A stretch of DNA of 64,000 bases, from positions 124,001 to 188,000 of IMG/VR virus record IMGVR_UViG_3300043411_000942, one strand, 5' to 3'. The notes beneath the pieces were generated by a model. It saw only the letters and a list, made by a program, of their open reading frames with translations, made no database searches and was not told the origin of the DNA. Every line of letters begins with the position of its first letter. Positions within the stretch are counted from its first letter, which is position 1. A program made the position numbers and the translations under genes. Of this stretch, positions 1 to 8,344 are shown one piece after another.

Positions 1-749
1 CTAGCTTTGAGTGCTGCAAGGAGGTCTGTCATAGGAGCCTGAGCCTTCACTGGGGTGTCGATAGCAAGACCTTCCTGCTTCTTGGCTACAGCCTCCTTCA
101 CCCGTTTGGCGTAGTTGTCCTCGTACTTCTGAGGCTCGAAGGTCTTGGTAGCCAGAGCTTCCACGAGCATGCAAGCAACCTTCTCTTCTGCTTCCATCAC
201 TTGAGCTTTGGCAGCAGGGACCTCCCCGAAGTCTCGCACTTCGTTGGCGTAGAACATTTGGTGCATCACCAGACCACCCTCGTAGGGGCGGACAAGCACC
301 AAGTGCTCTCGCCCTCGGTTGGACCACTGAGCCACAGCGATCTTGCCTTGCTTCTTCATGACCTGACTAAGCAGGTAGTAAGACTTGTCACCACCCTTGT
401 TGGGACCCAGGTAGTAGGACTTCTCGACCTGGAAGACGTTGAAGGCTTCTGCGGGGATAAACTCCTTTATCTCCATGCTGTTTGCGTTCTCGCTATCGAG
501 AACAGACAGCTCTTCCTTGCTGAAGCGAACAAGGGTTCCGCCCTTCTCGACTTCGTAACCTCGCCCACATTCGGAGTACTCCACAGGGGCTCCCGTGATG
601 GAGTCGGTATACTTCTGCTTCACCTTGTTGCCAGCAGGAGTGACCATGCACAGGCTTACGGTCTCTGCACTTGCAGAGAGGTAGATTTTGACCGGAACGG
701 AAACCAGCCCGAAGGACAGGGTTGCACTAGCGATGGATCGAATGCTCAT
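1..749 (-). CDS. ku: Ku DNA end-binding protein (3' end runs off window)
   Basis: Manual translation from ATG 749: MSIRSIASATLSFGLVSVPVKIY...GYEVEKG...EKSYYLGP...DKSYYLL...MFYANEVRD...YEDNY...TDLLAALKAS; classic prokaryotic Ku motifs; absent from ORF track because there is no stop in the window. Confidence 0.93.
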   Translation of the reverse strand, partial: MSIRSIASATLSFGLVSVPVKIYLSASAETVSLCMVTPAGNKVKQKYTDSITGAPVEYSECGRGYEVEKGGTLVRFSKEELSVLDSENANSMEIKEFIPAEAFNVFQVEKSYYLGPNKGGDKSYYLLSQVMKKQGKIAVAQWSNRGREHLVLVRPYEGGLVMHQMFYANEVRDFGEVPAAKAQVMEAEEKVACMLVEALATKTFEPQKYEDNYAKRVKEAVAKKQEGLAIDTPVKAQAPMTDLLAALKA

Positions 750-806
750 ATTATCTCTTACGGAAAGGTTTAGGTTCGACTTAACGTGAATCTGCGGAAC
801 CCAGGG

Positions 807-1082
807 TCACAGGTCTTCACGGATACTTTTGCGATCCCAGTTGTACTTGACAGCAAGTACAACCGCCTCTTGTAGAAGCTCGGAGTTCTTGAGAGTGTTG
901 TCCAACCCCAGAACCTGAGGTGGGCTAGAGACAAAGCAAAATGCCTCAATAGCCCTTTCGTAGGACTCCCATCGGTAACTCAGGCAGAGACAGTTGATGA
1001 TTTGAACAAGAAGCTTTCGACGCTCCTTGTTCCCACCCTCCGCGTTAACCCAGGCTACCCAAACGCCTTCCAAGTGACTCAT
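807..1082 (-). CDS. hypothetical protein
   Basis: 91 aa ORF; ATG lies 9 nt after a GTTAA-N18-CGTA motif. Confidence 0.6.
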   Translation of the reverse strand: MSHLEGVWVAWVNAEGGNKERRKLLVQIINCLCLSYRWESYERAIEAFCFVSSPPQVLGLDNTLKNSELLQEAVVLAVKYNWDRKSIREDL

Positions 1083-1233
1083 AGAGTACTATACGGAAAG
1101 ACCTAGGTTCGCCTTAACCCTTACCGACCGTACTCATACACAAAAACAGGGATGTCCCGAAGCTGCTCCTGAATGATTGGTTCAATTACACTCCAATCTA
1201 TCCTCCAATCGAGTTATAGGTAAGTGATTGGCA

Positions 1234-2589
1234 TCAATCAGGACTTTCTGAGTTGAAGTAGCCTCGGAGGACGTTGAAAGAGGATCGAAGGTTGCGGTAA
1301 ACCTGAGCCCAGATTTCTTGGACCTTGTTAATATGCTCAAACTCACCATCCTCCCCATTACGATGAGCTACCTCATGGATAAGGGTAAGCAGGACTTCGT
1401 CTTGTTCGAAGCATCTGTGAGAGATGAGGACCTTACCGTTATTGTACTGACCCAGAAGGTCCGACCTGAATTCGACGATACTGACGTCCGAGAGAGTTAC
1501 AGGCTCAACTTCATTGACGACTTTAATTACGTCCAGGAGCTTAGCTTGCTCATCTGTGCTCAAATCTCCCCAAGAGAACGTACGAGTGACTTCCTTCTCC
1601 AGGGACTTCAGGATCTCTTCCTTGGTTCCAAAAGTCTGAGCCAGAACCGCCCCCAGAGGCTTGGAGACAACGATTCCCCGCTTACCCAAGTGTTCTACGC
1701 TCTTGCTTTCTTCCAAGTTGGAGACTGGGATCGCATTTGAACCATAGCGCTCCTGGAAGTTTCCTTGTACATCGTTTGCAATGGACTTGGAAACACCGTA
1801 GTTTGCCGTAACTTCGTCCAGCCCCTCAGTCTCCAAGGTTGGCAGGTCCAACATCTGGATAAACTTAGGGAAAAGGAGGGATGGCTCCTTATTTACCGAA
1901 CTCAGGAAGATGTTACGGCAGTGGTACTTCAGGTTCCACGATTCGACCATCCTACGGTCACGGTCAAGCTCCACATCCTTCAGGTCATACCCAAAGTTGG
2001 TCTCAGGGGAGTGCATCACGAAGATCCCCTTCACGTAGATTCGACCCTTGAGCTTGGGATCGAGCAAAAGAGTTCCGTTACCCGTGACCACTTCAGACCG
2101 TTTGGCGGTACTCAGGAACAGGAAGCAGTCTCGAAACTTGTCCCATTCAGACTTGGAGATACCACCCACTTCCACTCGGACGCGGTTCTTATCTTCCCGG
2201 CCGGTTTCGATTCGGAACGTAAGAACGTCCTCCTGGAATCGATCATCATGTTCGATGGTAGGAACCCACACCTCGCTACCGTTTCGAATCTTGACGTCAT
2301 GTCCAGCCCGAACAAGAGCTAGCACGCCCAACTTGAGACCCTCCCCAAACTTTCCAATCATGTTGGAATTACCATACTTGGTAGTATGCCCCAACAAGAG
2401 GGCCTTGAGGGGTAGGGTGCACCCTTCGTTCTCGATACGAAGGTTGTTGTTGTACCAGTCAATCTTGACTGGCGCGTTATGTTCGACCTCTGCGTCTCTA
2501 GCGTTCTGTACCAGCTCTCGGATGCCCTCGTAGGCCCCCCAGGTAGGGAGGTAACTCGTTTTAATCGTGAGCGGAATTTTTGTAGCCAT
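1234..2589 (-). CDS. GHKL-type ATPase with C-terminal HExxH metallopeptidase-like motif
   Basis: IRELVQNARDA (N box), NEG, IGKFGEGLKLG (G2 box); C-terminal LIHEVAH; start at ATG 2589, 8 nt after the promoter motif. Confidence 0.8.
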   Translation of the reverse strand: MATKIPLTIKTSYLPTWGAYEGIRELVQNARDAEVEHNAPVKIDWYNNNLRIENEGCTLPLKALLLGHTTKYGNSNMIGKFGEGLKLGVLALVRAGHDVKIRNGSEVWVPTIEHDDRFQEDVLTFRIETGREDKNRVRVEVGGISKSEWDKFRDCFLFLSTAKRSEVVTGNGTLLLDPKLKGRIYVKGIFVMHSPETNFGYDLKDVELDRDRRMVESWNLKYHCRNIFLSSVNKEPSLLFPKFIQMLDLPTLETEGLDEVTANYGVSKSIANDVQGNFQERYGSNAIPVSNLEESKSVEHLGKRGIVVSKPLGAVLAQTFGTKEEILKSLEKEVTRTFSWGDLSTDEQAKLLDVIKVVNEVEPVTLSDVSIVEFRSDLLGQYNNGKVLISHRCFEQDEVLLTLIHEVAHRNGEDGEFEHINKVQEIWAQVYRNLRSSFNVLRGYFNSESPD

Positions 2590-2597
2590 GCCAAACA

Positions 2598-2671
2598 TAC
2601 GAGAGAGGTGGGGCCAGAGTTAACCGAAAAATTCTTTCGTTTGAGGTTAAACCTTCCTCGTTGGCCTCGTA
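2598..2671. promoter_or_regulatory. divergent pair of GTTAA-N17/18-CGTA promoter motifs
   Basis: Minus copy 2624-2598 and plus copy 2646-2671, each 8-9 nt upstream of an ATG; the motif recurs 14 times in intergenic DNA. Confidence 0.75.
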
Positions 2672-2680
2672 AGTAGTGGT

Positions 2681-2908
2681 ATGGATACCGCAGCCAACCT
2701 CGCAAGATTCCTTCAGGAAAACACCGGGTCCGTCTGTGGGACCTGGGAGGGCCACATGCCCGCTGCAAAGCAGCGTGAGCTTCTCGGTCGCTTCCTCGGC
2801 AAGGGGAAGATCTATATCGAGGGGGATCGTGAGGTGGTGAGCTACACAGTGCGCGTGTGCTTCGGTACGGACTACAACAAGACCACTTTTAGTTGGAGGT
2901 CCTTGTAA
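2681..2908 (+). CDS. hypothetical protein
   Basis: 75 aa ORF directly after the promoter motif. Confidence 0.65.
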   Translation: MDTAANLARFLQENTGSVCGTWEGHMPAAKQRELLGRFLGKGKIYIEGDREVVSYTVRVCFGTDYNKTTFSWRSL

Positions 2909-3117
2909 TGAGGTTCCAAGTTGGGGACGCTGTCAAGCACATCGAATGGCCTGACGAGGGGGTTGTAGTCGAAACCCTCTACGGGAAAAACGACCAATCT
3001 CACAAAGGAGTCGGAATGACCGTACGTTTCGCGTACGGAGAGGTGTGGGTTGCTGTAAGTAAAGCAGCCCTTGTGAAAAAAAAAACCCATGATGGGTTAG
3101 GTTTCGGGGTAGAGTGA
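2908..3117 (+). CDS. hypothetical protein (KOW/SH3-like MRFQVGDAVKH)
   Basis: TAATG coupling to upstream gene, GGAGG RBS. Confidence 0.6.
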   Translation: MRFQVGDAVKHIEWPDEGVVVETLYGKNDQSHKGVGMTVRFAYGEVWVAVSKAALVKKKTHDGLGFGVE

Positions 3118-3398
3118 GTGTGTGGATTGAGAGTTGAGAGCGGGACCTGAGTGTACCTGATGTCACAGGTACGGGCACACATCAGTCTGATGTTGACATG
3201 CATCAGACGGTGCACGGTTCGATCCCGTAACCAGGAAGTTCTTGGTAGTGGCTCGGGTCGCGCTTTCAGCTCTCAATCGGCACTGAGTATCCCCTCCGAG
3301 AAAAAAAGACGTCAAGGTGAAAAAACACCTTGACCCCTCCTCGGAGCAGTACTATAGGTAAGGGGAAGGTGCACTCTTGCACCTAAGTGGAAAGTCTA

Positions 3399-3566
3399 AT
3401 GTCTTCAATTGCCATGAACCTACAAGTCACGAAAGAAGCTCAGCAATCGCTGAAGCTCTCTCATGCTTGCATTCAGGGTAGCTTTGCAGCAGGAGATTTG
3501 GCCACCCCCTGGTATCCCACCTCTAAGCGGAACTCCAATCCAGAGGTGGGTAACAAAGGCGACTAG
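3399..3566 (+). CDS. putative leader peptide upstream of tRNA island
   Basis: 55 aa ORF MSSIAMNLQV...GNKGD; its last codons overlap alternative hairpins. Confidence 0.35.
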   Translation: MSSIAMNLQVTKEAQQSLKLSHACIQGSFAAGDLATPWYPTSKRNSNPEVGNKGD

Positions 3567-3690
3567 TAGAGACAGGAAACTCCTGACTCCTCTAAAGGTC
3601 GCCTGGGTAACCAGAGCGGCCTAAAAGCTTTCTGGGGTACGAGAAAACGGTTAAGGGTTCGAGCGGTGTCTACGTAGGGTACGATGATTC

Positions 3691-3769
3691 GGGGTTGTCC
3701 GGCTGGGACCGGAAGATGTCTGTAAAACAACTGGTTATACCTAACTAGGTTCAATTCCTAGCAGCCCCA
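3691..3769 (+). tRNA. tRNA-Tyr(GTA), atypical D arm
   Basis: GGGGTTG/CAGCCCC acceptor, CT-GTA-AA loop, CTAGG-TTCAATT-CCTAG. Confidence 0.75.
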
Positions 3770-3833
3770 CTGGAAAACAAGGAAAGTCATGAAACAGAAG
3801 TCCATGCCCGTGAAAGACGGGCCAAAACAATAC

Positions 3834-3905
3834 GGGGTGTTAGCATCAAGGTGATGCAGGAGGCTTTTAACCTTCGAGAGGCCGGTTCGATTCCGGTGCG
3901 CCCCA
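3834..3905 (+). tRNA. tRNA-Lys(TTT)
   Basis: cloverleaf, GGAGG-CTTTTAA-CCTTC. Confidence 0.9.
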
Positions 3906-3923
3906 CTCCAGCTTTGCTGGTAT

Positions 3924-3998
3924 AGGTGCGTAGTGGTTAATGGTTAACACACTCGACTCTTAATCGATGAAATGCGGGTTCGACTCCCGCCGCACCTA
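3924..3998 (+). tRNA. tRNA-Lys(CTT)
   Basis: AGGTGCG/CGCACCT, CT-CTT-AA loop. Confidence 0.9.
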
Positions 3999-4005
3999 CG
4001 ATTCT

Positions 4006-4076
4006 TCCGGGTTAGCCTAATGGTAAGGCAGTGGTTTCTGATGCCACCCACGAGAGTTCGATTCTCTCATCCGGGA
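4006..4076 (+). tRNA. tRNA-Gln(CTG)
   Basis: GTGGT-TTCTGAT-GCCAC, T arm GAGAG-TTCGATT-CTCTC. Confidence 0.9.
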
Positions 4077-4115
4077 CTAGGACCTACGAAGGTAGGTTTA
4101 GCCTAACAAGGCGAA

Positions 4116-4128
4116 GTTCTTTGACAAT
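4116..4128 (+). promoter_or_regulatory. boxA-like antitermination site
   Basis: GTTCTTTGACAAT, preceded by small hairpins as in rrn boxB-boxA leaders. Confidence 0.55.
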
Positions 4129-4134
4129 CTAACA

Positions 4135-4331
4135 GGACCTTGAGTGACTACACTGACGAGTTTAGGCTCGTGAAGCAGTTAGCCGTGATCGACTCCCGAT
4201 TATACTGGGGGGCTACAGCGACTAGTATGTGAGTGTGTTGCTCTCTCCTGCTACAAATGAAGTGAAACCTGACCTAGGCCTCACAAGGGCTCGGGTTGGG
4301 TTAGGTAGGGGGTTGCGAGCCCCCTAATTTT
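4135..4331 (+). ncRNA. unassigned structured RNA ending in hairpin plus T-run
   Basis: Multiple hairpins, e.g. CGAG/CTCG, AACCTGACCTAGGCC..GGCTCGGGTTGGGTT, AGGGGG-TTGCGAG-CCCCCT. Confidence 0.35.
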
Positions 4332-4403
4332 TCACGGGTAGCCAAGTGGTAAGGCAGAAAGCTGTTAACTTTCCTATCGCAGGTTCGACCCCTGCCCCGT
4401 GAG
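4332..4403 (+). tRNA. tRNA-Asn(GTT)
   Basis: TCACGGG/CCCGTGA, GAAAG-CTGTTAA-CTTTC, G73. Confidence 0.92.
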
Positions 4404-4435
4404 CCGCCTGGTTGGAAGTCTCTGACTGGGCCAAT

Positions 4436-4508
4436 GGGTTGTTAGTTCAGTGGTTAGAACGATAGGTTGTTAACCTATGTGTCGTAGGTTCAAATCCTAC
4501 ACAGCCCT
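4436..4508 (+). tRNA. tRNA with GTT anticodon (Asn?), discriminator T
   Basis: GGGTTGT/ACAGCCC, ATAGG-TTGTTAA-CCTAT. Confidence 0.8.
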
Positions 4509-4517
4509 CTCGTGCGT

Positions 4518-4589
4518 GCCCTCAAAGCGTAAATGGTGACGCGTCTGTTTCGTAGTCAGAAAAAGTCGGTTCGATTCCGACTGAGGGCT
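4518..4589 (+). tRNA. tRNA-Thr(CGT)
   Basis: GCCCTCA/TGAGGGC, TT-CGT-AG loop. Confidence 0.88.
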
Positions 4590-4655
4590 CTATTCTGCGT
4601 TGCTTCTTCTTTCCCCCCTCAGCCTAGTAGTGTAGTACGAGGGTAGACGGTAGAT

Positions 4656-4739
4656 AGAGCGTAGGAGTGCGGTTGTCCGTAAGGTTCGGCCTATCGTTGC
4701 CAACGACAGGTAGGTGGTTCGATTCCACCCGATCGCTCT
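4656..4739 (+). tRNA. degenerate tRNA-Gly(GCC)-like
   Basis: AGAGCG/CGCTCT ends, TT-GCC-AA loop, GGTGG-TTCGATT-CCACC; irregular D arm. Confidence 0.5.
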
Positions 4740-4741
4740 TG

Positions 4742-4810
4742 TGCAGGATGGGACGGTCCCAGTCAGGCCTCATAAGCCAGACTCTCTAAGTTCAATTCTT
4801 AGTCCTGCTC
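4742..4810 (+). tRNA. atypical tRNA(CAT), minimal D loop
   Basis: GCAGGA/TCCTGC, GGGA-CGG-TCCC, CT-CAT-AA loop. Confidence 0.7.
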
Positions 4811-4835
4811 CCAACGTTTCGGTGTAGGTGAGGTA

Positions 4836-5237
4836 GTGCAAACGTTTCTACCCTACACAGACTTCCTGAAGACAGCAGAGGTTCTTGATTACCGTCGTCT
4901 AGGTAAGCAACGAGTCGAAGCTCTTCAGCTCCTTCGAGGGCAATGGAAGAATCACCCGGCATCTAAGATGTGGCAAGGCTACGAGTTCCACCTCAGTGTT
5001 TACGCTGAGTTTATGTGTCGAGAGTGGATTTCCCGTGGGTACAAGGATACCTGTCTGGGGAAGATTCTAGCTGAGCGTCAGAAGTTCTCTGATACGGGTC
5101 AGCCTCACTGGTTCGGGGATGATTCGTTCCATCGCGCACACCGGAGCAATCTGCTTCGGAAGCAACCCCTCTACTACCAGAAGTTCTTTGATGAGCCTCT
5201 AGACCTACCTTATGTGTGGCCATCTGCAAGGCTCTGA
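4836..5237 (+). CDS. pyrimidine-dimer DNA glycosylase/endonuclease V-like (MSMEG_6728 family)
   Basis: MQTFLPY...LDYRRLGKQRVEA...NHPASKMW...HRSNLLRK...PYVWP. Confidence 0.85.
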   Translation: MQTFLPYTDFLKTAEVLDYRRLGKQRVEALQLLRGQWKNHPASKMWQGYEFHLSVYAEFMCREWISRGYKDTCLGKILAERQKFSDTGQPHWFGDDSFHRAHRSNLLRKQPLYYQKFFDEPLDLPYVWPSARL

Positions 5238-5294
5238 ACTTTTCGGTTAAAGTTTTTCCTGACGGTACGTAGGTTACGGTGTAAGACACGATAC

Positions 5295-5380
5295 GGAGAG
5301 TGCCTTAGGCAATGGAAGCCTTAGCTGACTGTAAATCAGTGGCCCTCAAGCAAGTGGTTCGATTCCACCACTCTCCACCA
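5295..5380 (+). tRNA. tRNA-Tyr(GTA)
   Basis: GGAGAGT/ACTCTCC-A-CCA, GCTGA-CTGTAAA-TCAGT. Confidence 0.9.
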
Positions 5381-5585
5381 GACTTGACCCAAACAGAAAG
5401 GTTAATTACCCCTGATTGCAAGTCAAGTCTCTAACTCCCATAGCTCCCCTACCCTATGATAACGAAAGTTCGAGGGGTCAAATAGTGGAGCGACGGAAGC
5501 TCACTGGTCCTTGAGTTGAAATGGTCGGACTACCCTCACGGAAGGGTTGTAATGTCTCTGGTACCGTGCTCTACTAGAGACAAAT

Positions 5586-5666
5586 GCTGGTGTGGCGAAA
5601 TGGCAGACGCAACAGGTTTAGGTCCTGTCGAGTAAAATCGTGGGGGTTCAAGTCCCTTCACCAGCA
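5586..5666 (+). tRNA. tRNA-Leu(TAG)
   Basis: ACAGG-TTTAGGT-CCTGT, long variable arm. Confidence 0.92.
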
Positions 5667-5761
5667 CTAAATACGTTGAATCAGCAGAAGGTCTGTTGAA
5701 TCACAGCGGAAGTCGAGAATTCAACCGGCTACTGGGGCCGTTTCCGTACCAGTGCTTTCTC

Positions 5762-5844
5762 GCTCAAGTGGTGGAATGGCAGACACAGCAGGCTCAGAAC
5801 CTGCCGCCTTCGATGGTGTAGGGGTTCAAGTCCCCTCTTGAGCA
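5762..5844 (+). tRNA. tRNA-Leu(CAG)
   Basis: GCAGG-CTCAGAA-CCTGC, long variable arm. Confidence 0.92.
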
Positions 5845-5883
5845 CAAAGAGCTACGGTGAAAACGTATCAACGTAGATCTTAG

Positions 5884-6020
5884 ATGTCAGAGTCCCGGCT
5901 AGGAGTCCGGCAAAAAGATACTCGGTAAGTGTGGATAACGAGGGGCTTGCTAAGCTCCTTCCCGTTCGACACGGGATAATACGAGTGGGCGTTTGAGGTG
6001 TGTCGCAACACGCTGATATC
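5884..6020 (+). ncRNA. structured RNA with embedded tRNA-like arms
   Basis: Closing GATGTCAG/CTGATATC; inside GGGGC-TTGCTAA-GCTCC and TCCCG-TTCGACA-CGGGA. Confidence 0.45.
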
Positions 6021-6078
6021 GAACCTTTGGTTCATCTAGGAGAGCGGTTCAAGATCTACTTATCGCTTACGCCTAAGT

Positions 6079-6537
6079 ATGGGTCATCCTCGAAAAACCA
6101 GAACTTTGTGTCCGATCTGCGGGAAACTTGTAGGTAACTTGAGATCTACGTTCTGCTCGAACATCTGTCAGAATGAATCTCAGTATCGCTCGTTCATTGA
6201 GCGTTGGAGATTAGGACAGGAGATTGGTAATAAAAGTTCCGGTCGAACCCTTCAAGTATCAAGTCATATTCGCCGTTACCTCCGAGAGAAGTTTGGAGAT
6301 CGCTGCACGAAATGCGGATGGGCTGAGCGGCACCCTACAACGAAGCGGATCCCTCTTAACGTTGAGCATATCAACGGAGATCCATTTGACTCATCAGAGG
6401 GTAATCTCACGCTACTTTGTCCAAATTGCCATTCTTTGACCGTTACATTTGGGATTCTGAATCGCGGACGTGGTAGAACAAGTCGACATGGGGCTGTCGT
6501 CCAACGGGAGGACATGAGACTGGCAGTCTCAGAATAA
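6079..6537 (+). CDS. HNH homing endonuclease
   Basis: CTKCGW...VEHINGD...NLTLLCPNCHSLT; stop lies inside tRNA-Ala(GGC). Confidence 0.88.
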   Translation: MGHPRKTRTLCPICGKLVGNLRSTFCSNICQNESQYRSFIERWRLGQEIGNKSSGRTLQVSSHIRRYLREKFGDRCTKCGWAERHPTTKRIPLNVEHINGDPFDSSEGNLTLLCPNCHSLTVTFGILNRGRGRTSRHGAVVQREDMRLAVSE

Positions 6538-6560
6538 GGGTTCGATTCCCTTCAGCTCCA
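6490..6560 (+). tRNA. tRNA-Ala(GGC)
   Basis: GGGGCTG/CAGCTCC with G3:U70, TGAGA-CTGGCAG-TCTCA. Confidence 0.9.
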
Positions 6561-6772
6561 CTCTTGAACGATAGGATCAAGGAGACCGCCCCCTTGCCAG
6601 GGAGTCGCCGAGTAGGCTGGAAGTGCATGGGTCATATCTATGCTCGTTCAAGAATCATCAAACTCCAACTGGAGCAATGGAATGCAAGGGGCAGATACCC
6701 TTTCATGAAGGTGTTAAATAGGTGTACGGAAGGCTTAACCGTACCCTGGGAGTCCAGTTTAAGCCTGTTTTC

Positions 6773-6847
6773 GGCCCCATAGACTACTGGCGCATAGGTC
6801 GGCAACCTCTCACGTTGCAGGACCGGGATCGATACCCGGTGGGGTCA
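6773..6847 (+). tRNA. tRNA-Glu(CTC)
   Basis: GCAAC-CTCTCAC-GTTGC. Confidence 0.88.
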
Positions 6848-6874
6848 CTAAAGATTGGATACGGTACCTGAGCT

Positions 6875-7132
6875 ATGCTAGTGCAGGTCCAAGTAGGTAG
6901 GTTCAAGATCTCCTTTTCAGGCTCCGAGTTGTACTACATGACCTTCGAGTGTGTGGACTACAATGGAGTCATTCTTGCAGACTCTACGCAGAGGTATGAG
7001 GTTCTGAACGGGGCTCTTGGGGAGAGATTACTCATTACACGGAAACATGAGTTTGGTTTCTGCCAAGACCTACCCTTTCACTTGGGTACTGCCCACTTCC
7101 TCCCAGAAGGAGTGACTGTCGATTTAAGTTAA
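6875..7132 (+). CDS. hypothetical protein
   Basis: 85 aa ORF filling the gap between a tRNA and a promoter motif. Confidence 0.55.
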   Translation: MLVQVQVGRFKISFSGSELYYMTFECVDYNGVILADSTQRYEVLNGALGERLLITRKHEFGFCQDLPFHLGTAHFLPEGVTVDLS

Positions 7133-7239
7133 GACCTGGGTCCTACTTGACGTAGGCACCTAAGACAGGTAAACCACCTACGTAACTAGGTAGGTGCTGA
7201 CCGAACCAGAAGAGTGGTTTCATTCTGGTGTATGTATGG

Positions 7240-7498
7240 AGGTCTTAGTGCCTCTCGGGACAACGGACATCTAGGGTTATGGCTGGTCTGAAATGGTGGG
7301 GAGTTCCCCAAGAAAGACTATCCTGTACCGCTACCTAAGGGTAGTAACTAGATGTTGTCAGTGTGAAACCAGAACTCCCTCTCTTCACGAGAGAGCCTTG
7401 AAGGATGCGGACGGGGAAAGTAACGCGGTCAAGACAACTTTCTTGTAATCAGGCGTAGGTACGGCCTGAGTCTCCTAAGGGAGTACGAATAACGACCT
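7240..7498 (+). ncRNA. unassigned ~260-nt multi-pseudoknot RNA
   Basis: AGGTC/GACCT ends; ACATCTAG/CTAGATGT; long-range GGGAGTTC/GAACTCCC and CAAGAAAG/CTTTCTTG. Confidence 0.55.
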
Positions 7499-7502
7499 GT
7501 TT

Positions 7503-7571
7503 TGCAGGGAGGGACGGTCCCGACTGGGCCTCATAAGCCTAGTTCTGTTGGTTCAATTCCAACCTCTGCAC
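7503..7571 (+). tRNA. atypical tRNA(CAT), minimal D loop, 6-bp anticodon stem
   Basis: TGCAGGG/CTCTGCA, GGGA-CGG-TCCC, CTGGGC-CTCATAA-GCCTAG. Confidence 0.72.
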
Positions 7572-7577
7572 CTTTCT

Positions 7578-7650
7578 GGTCCTGTCTGCTAGCGGTTAGG
7601 CAACCGGCTTTTCACGCCGTGTAACACGGGTTCGAGTCCCGTCAGGATCA
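7578..7650 (+). tRNA. tRNA-Glu(TTC)
   Basis: CGGC-TTTTCAC-GCCG, T arm ACGGG-TTCGAGT-CCCGT. Confidence 0.9.
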
Positions 7651-7663
7651 CTTAGTAAGTTAC

Positions 7664-7739
7664 GCTCAGGTAGCTCAAATGGTAGAGCATTGGACTGAAA
7701 ATCCAAGTGTAGTCGGTTCGATCCCGACCCTGAGCACCA
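7664..7739 (+). tRNA. tRNA-Phe(GAA)
   Basis: canonical cloverleaf with CCA. Confidence 0.95.
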
Positions 7740-7740
7740 A

Positions 7741-7815
7741 GGGTTCTGAGCTAGTTTGGTAATTCAGCGATCCCCTGAAGAGGGATAGAACTCGGTTCGA
7801 TTCCGAGAGGACCCA
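7741..7815 (+). tRNA. tRNA-Phe(GAA) second type
   Basis: ATCCC-CTGAAGA-GGGAT. Confidence 0.88.
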
Positions 7816-7879
7816 CCGTTTACAGGCTTGTGCGTCACTAGTGACGTTGCTGATAATCTTGTTGTCTAACCGTCTAGTC

Positions 7880-8050
7880 ATGACGGTGAAGTACACAAAG
7901 GCAATTCTTGAACAAGCAGTCTCCAGAGCTTACTCTCTTGCGGGGGTGTTAAGGGCCCTTGGGTTTGAAAGCTACTCTGGTGGGACAAGTAGTCACCTTC
8001 GCTCTCGAATTGAGTTGTATGGGATTGACACAAGTCATTTCCTAGGGTTG
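7880..8050 (+). pseudogene. truncated HNH endonuclease N-terminal remnant
   Basis: MTVKYTKAILEQAV...SLAGVLRALG...IDTSHFLG resembles the N-terminus of the 9682-10518 HNH (YTETDFIEAV...QVLRALG...LDTTHWTG); no nuclease domain follows. Confidence 0.7.
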
Positions 8051-8078
8051 CATGTTGGTTCATGCCACGCTCAGATTC

Positions 8079-8147
8079 GGGCTTGTGTAGAAGGCTACAG
8101 TTTTCCCTTGCACGGAGAATTTGCGGGAGCGTTACCCGACAGGTCCA
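8079..8147 (+). tRNA. atypical tRNA-Ala(TGC)
   Basis: GGGCTTG/CAGGTCC G3:U70; short D arm; T loop AGCGTTA. Confidence 0.72.
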
Positions 8148-8163
8148 CTGCGTGATGTAGTAT

Positions 8164-8237
8164 CGGAGTGTAGCGAAGCCTGGTATCGCACTGCGTTCGG
8201 GACGCAGGGATCGGAGGTTCAAATCCTCTCACTCCGA
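8164..8237 (+). tRNA. tRNA-Pro(CGG)
   Basis: CTGCG-TTCGGGA-CGCAG. Confidence 0.93.
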
Positions 8238-8275
8238 CTGGTTCTGGTTGGGTAGTTGACTTCCAGAATCTCTTT

Positions 8276-8344
8276 GGGCTTGTGTAGAAGGCTACAATCA
8301 CCCTTCGCACGGGTGGTGTACGGGAGCGTTACCCGTCAGGTCCA
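8276..8344 (+). tRNA. atypical tRNA-Ala(CGC)
   Basis: same body as 8079 copy; CACCC-TTCGCAC-GGGTG. Confidence 0.75.

Noticed and set aside
1-773. ORF-track calls 1..327(-) and 201..773(+)
   Set aside because: Shadow frames of the Ku gene, which reads from 749 on the minus strand in another frame.
4152-4180. CTGACGAG...GAA as a hammerhead ribozyme
   Set aside because: Stem II would consume core nucleotides, and no GAAA with stems I/III follows.
7240-7498. RNase P RNA
   Set aside because: Lacks GAGGAAAGTCC and the 3' P4 partner.
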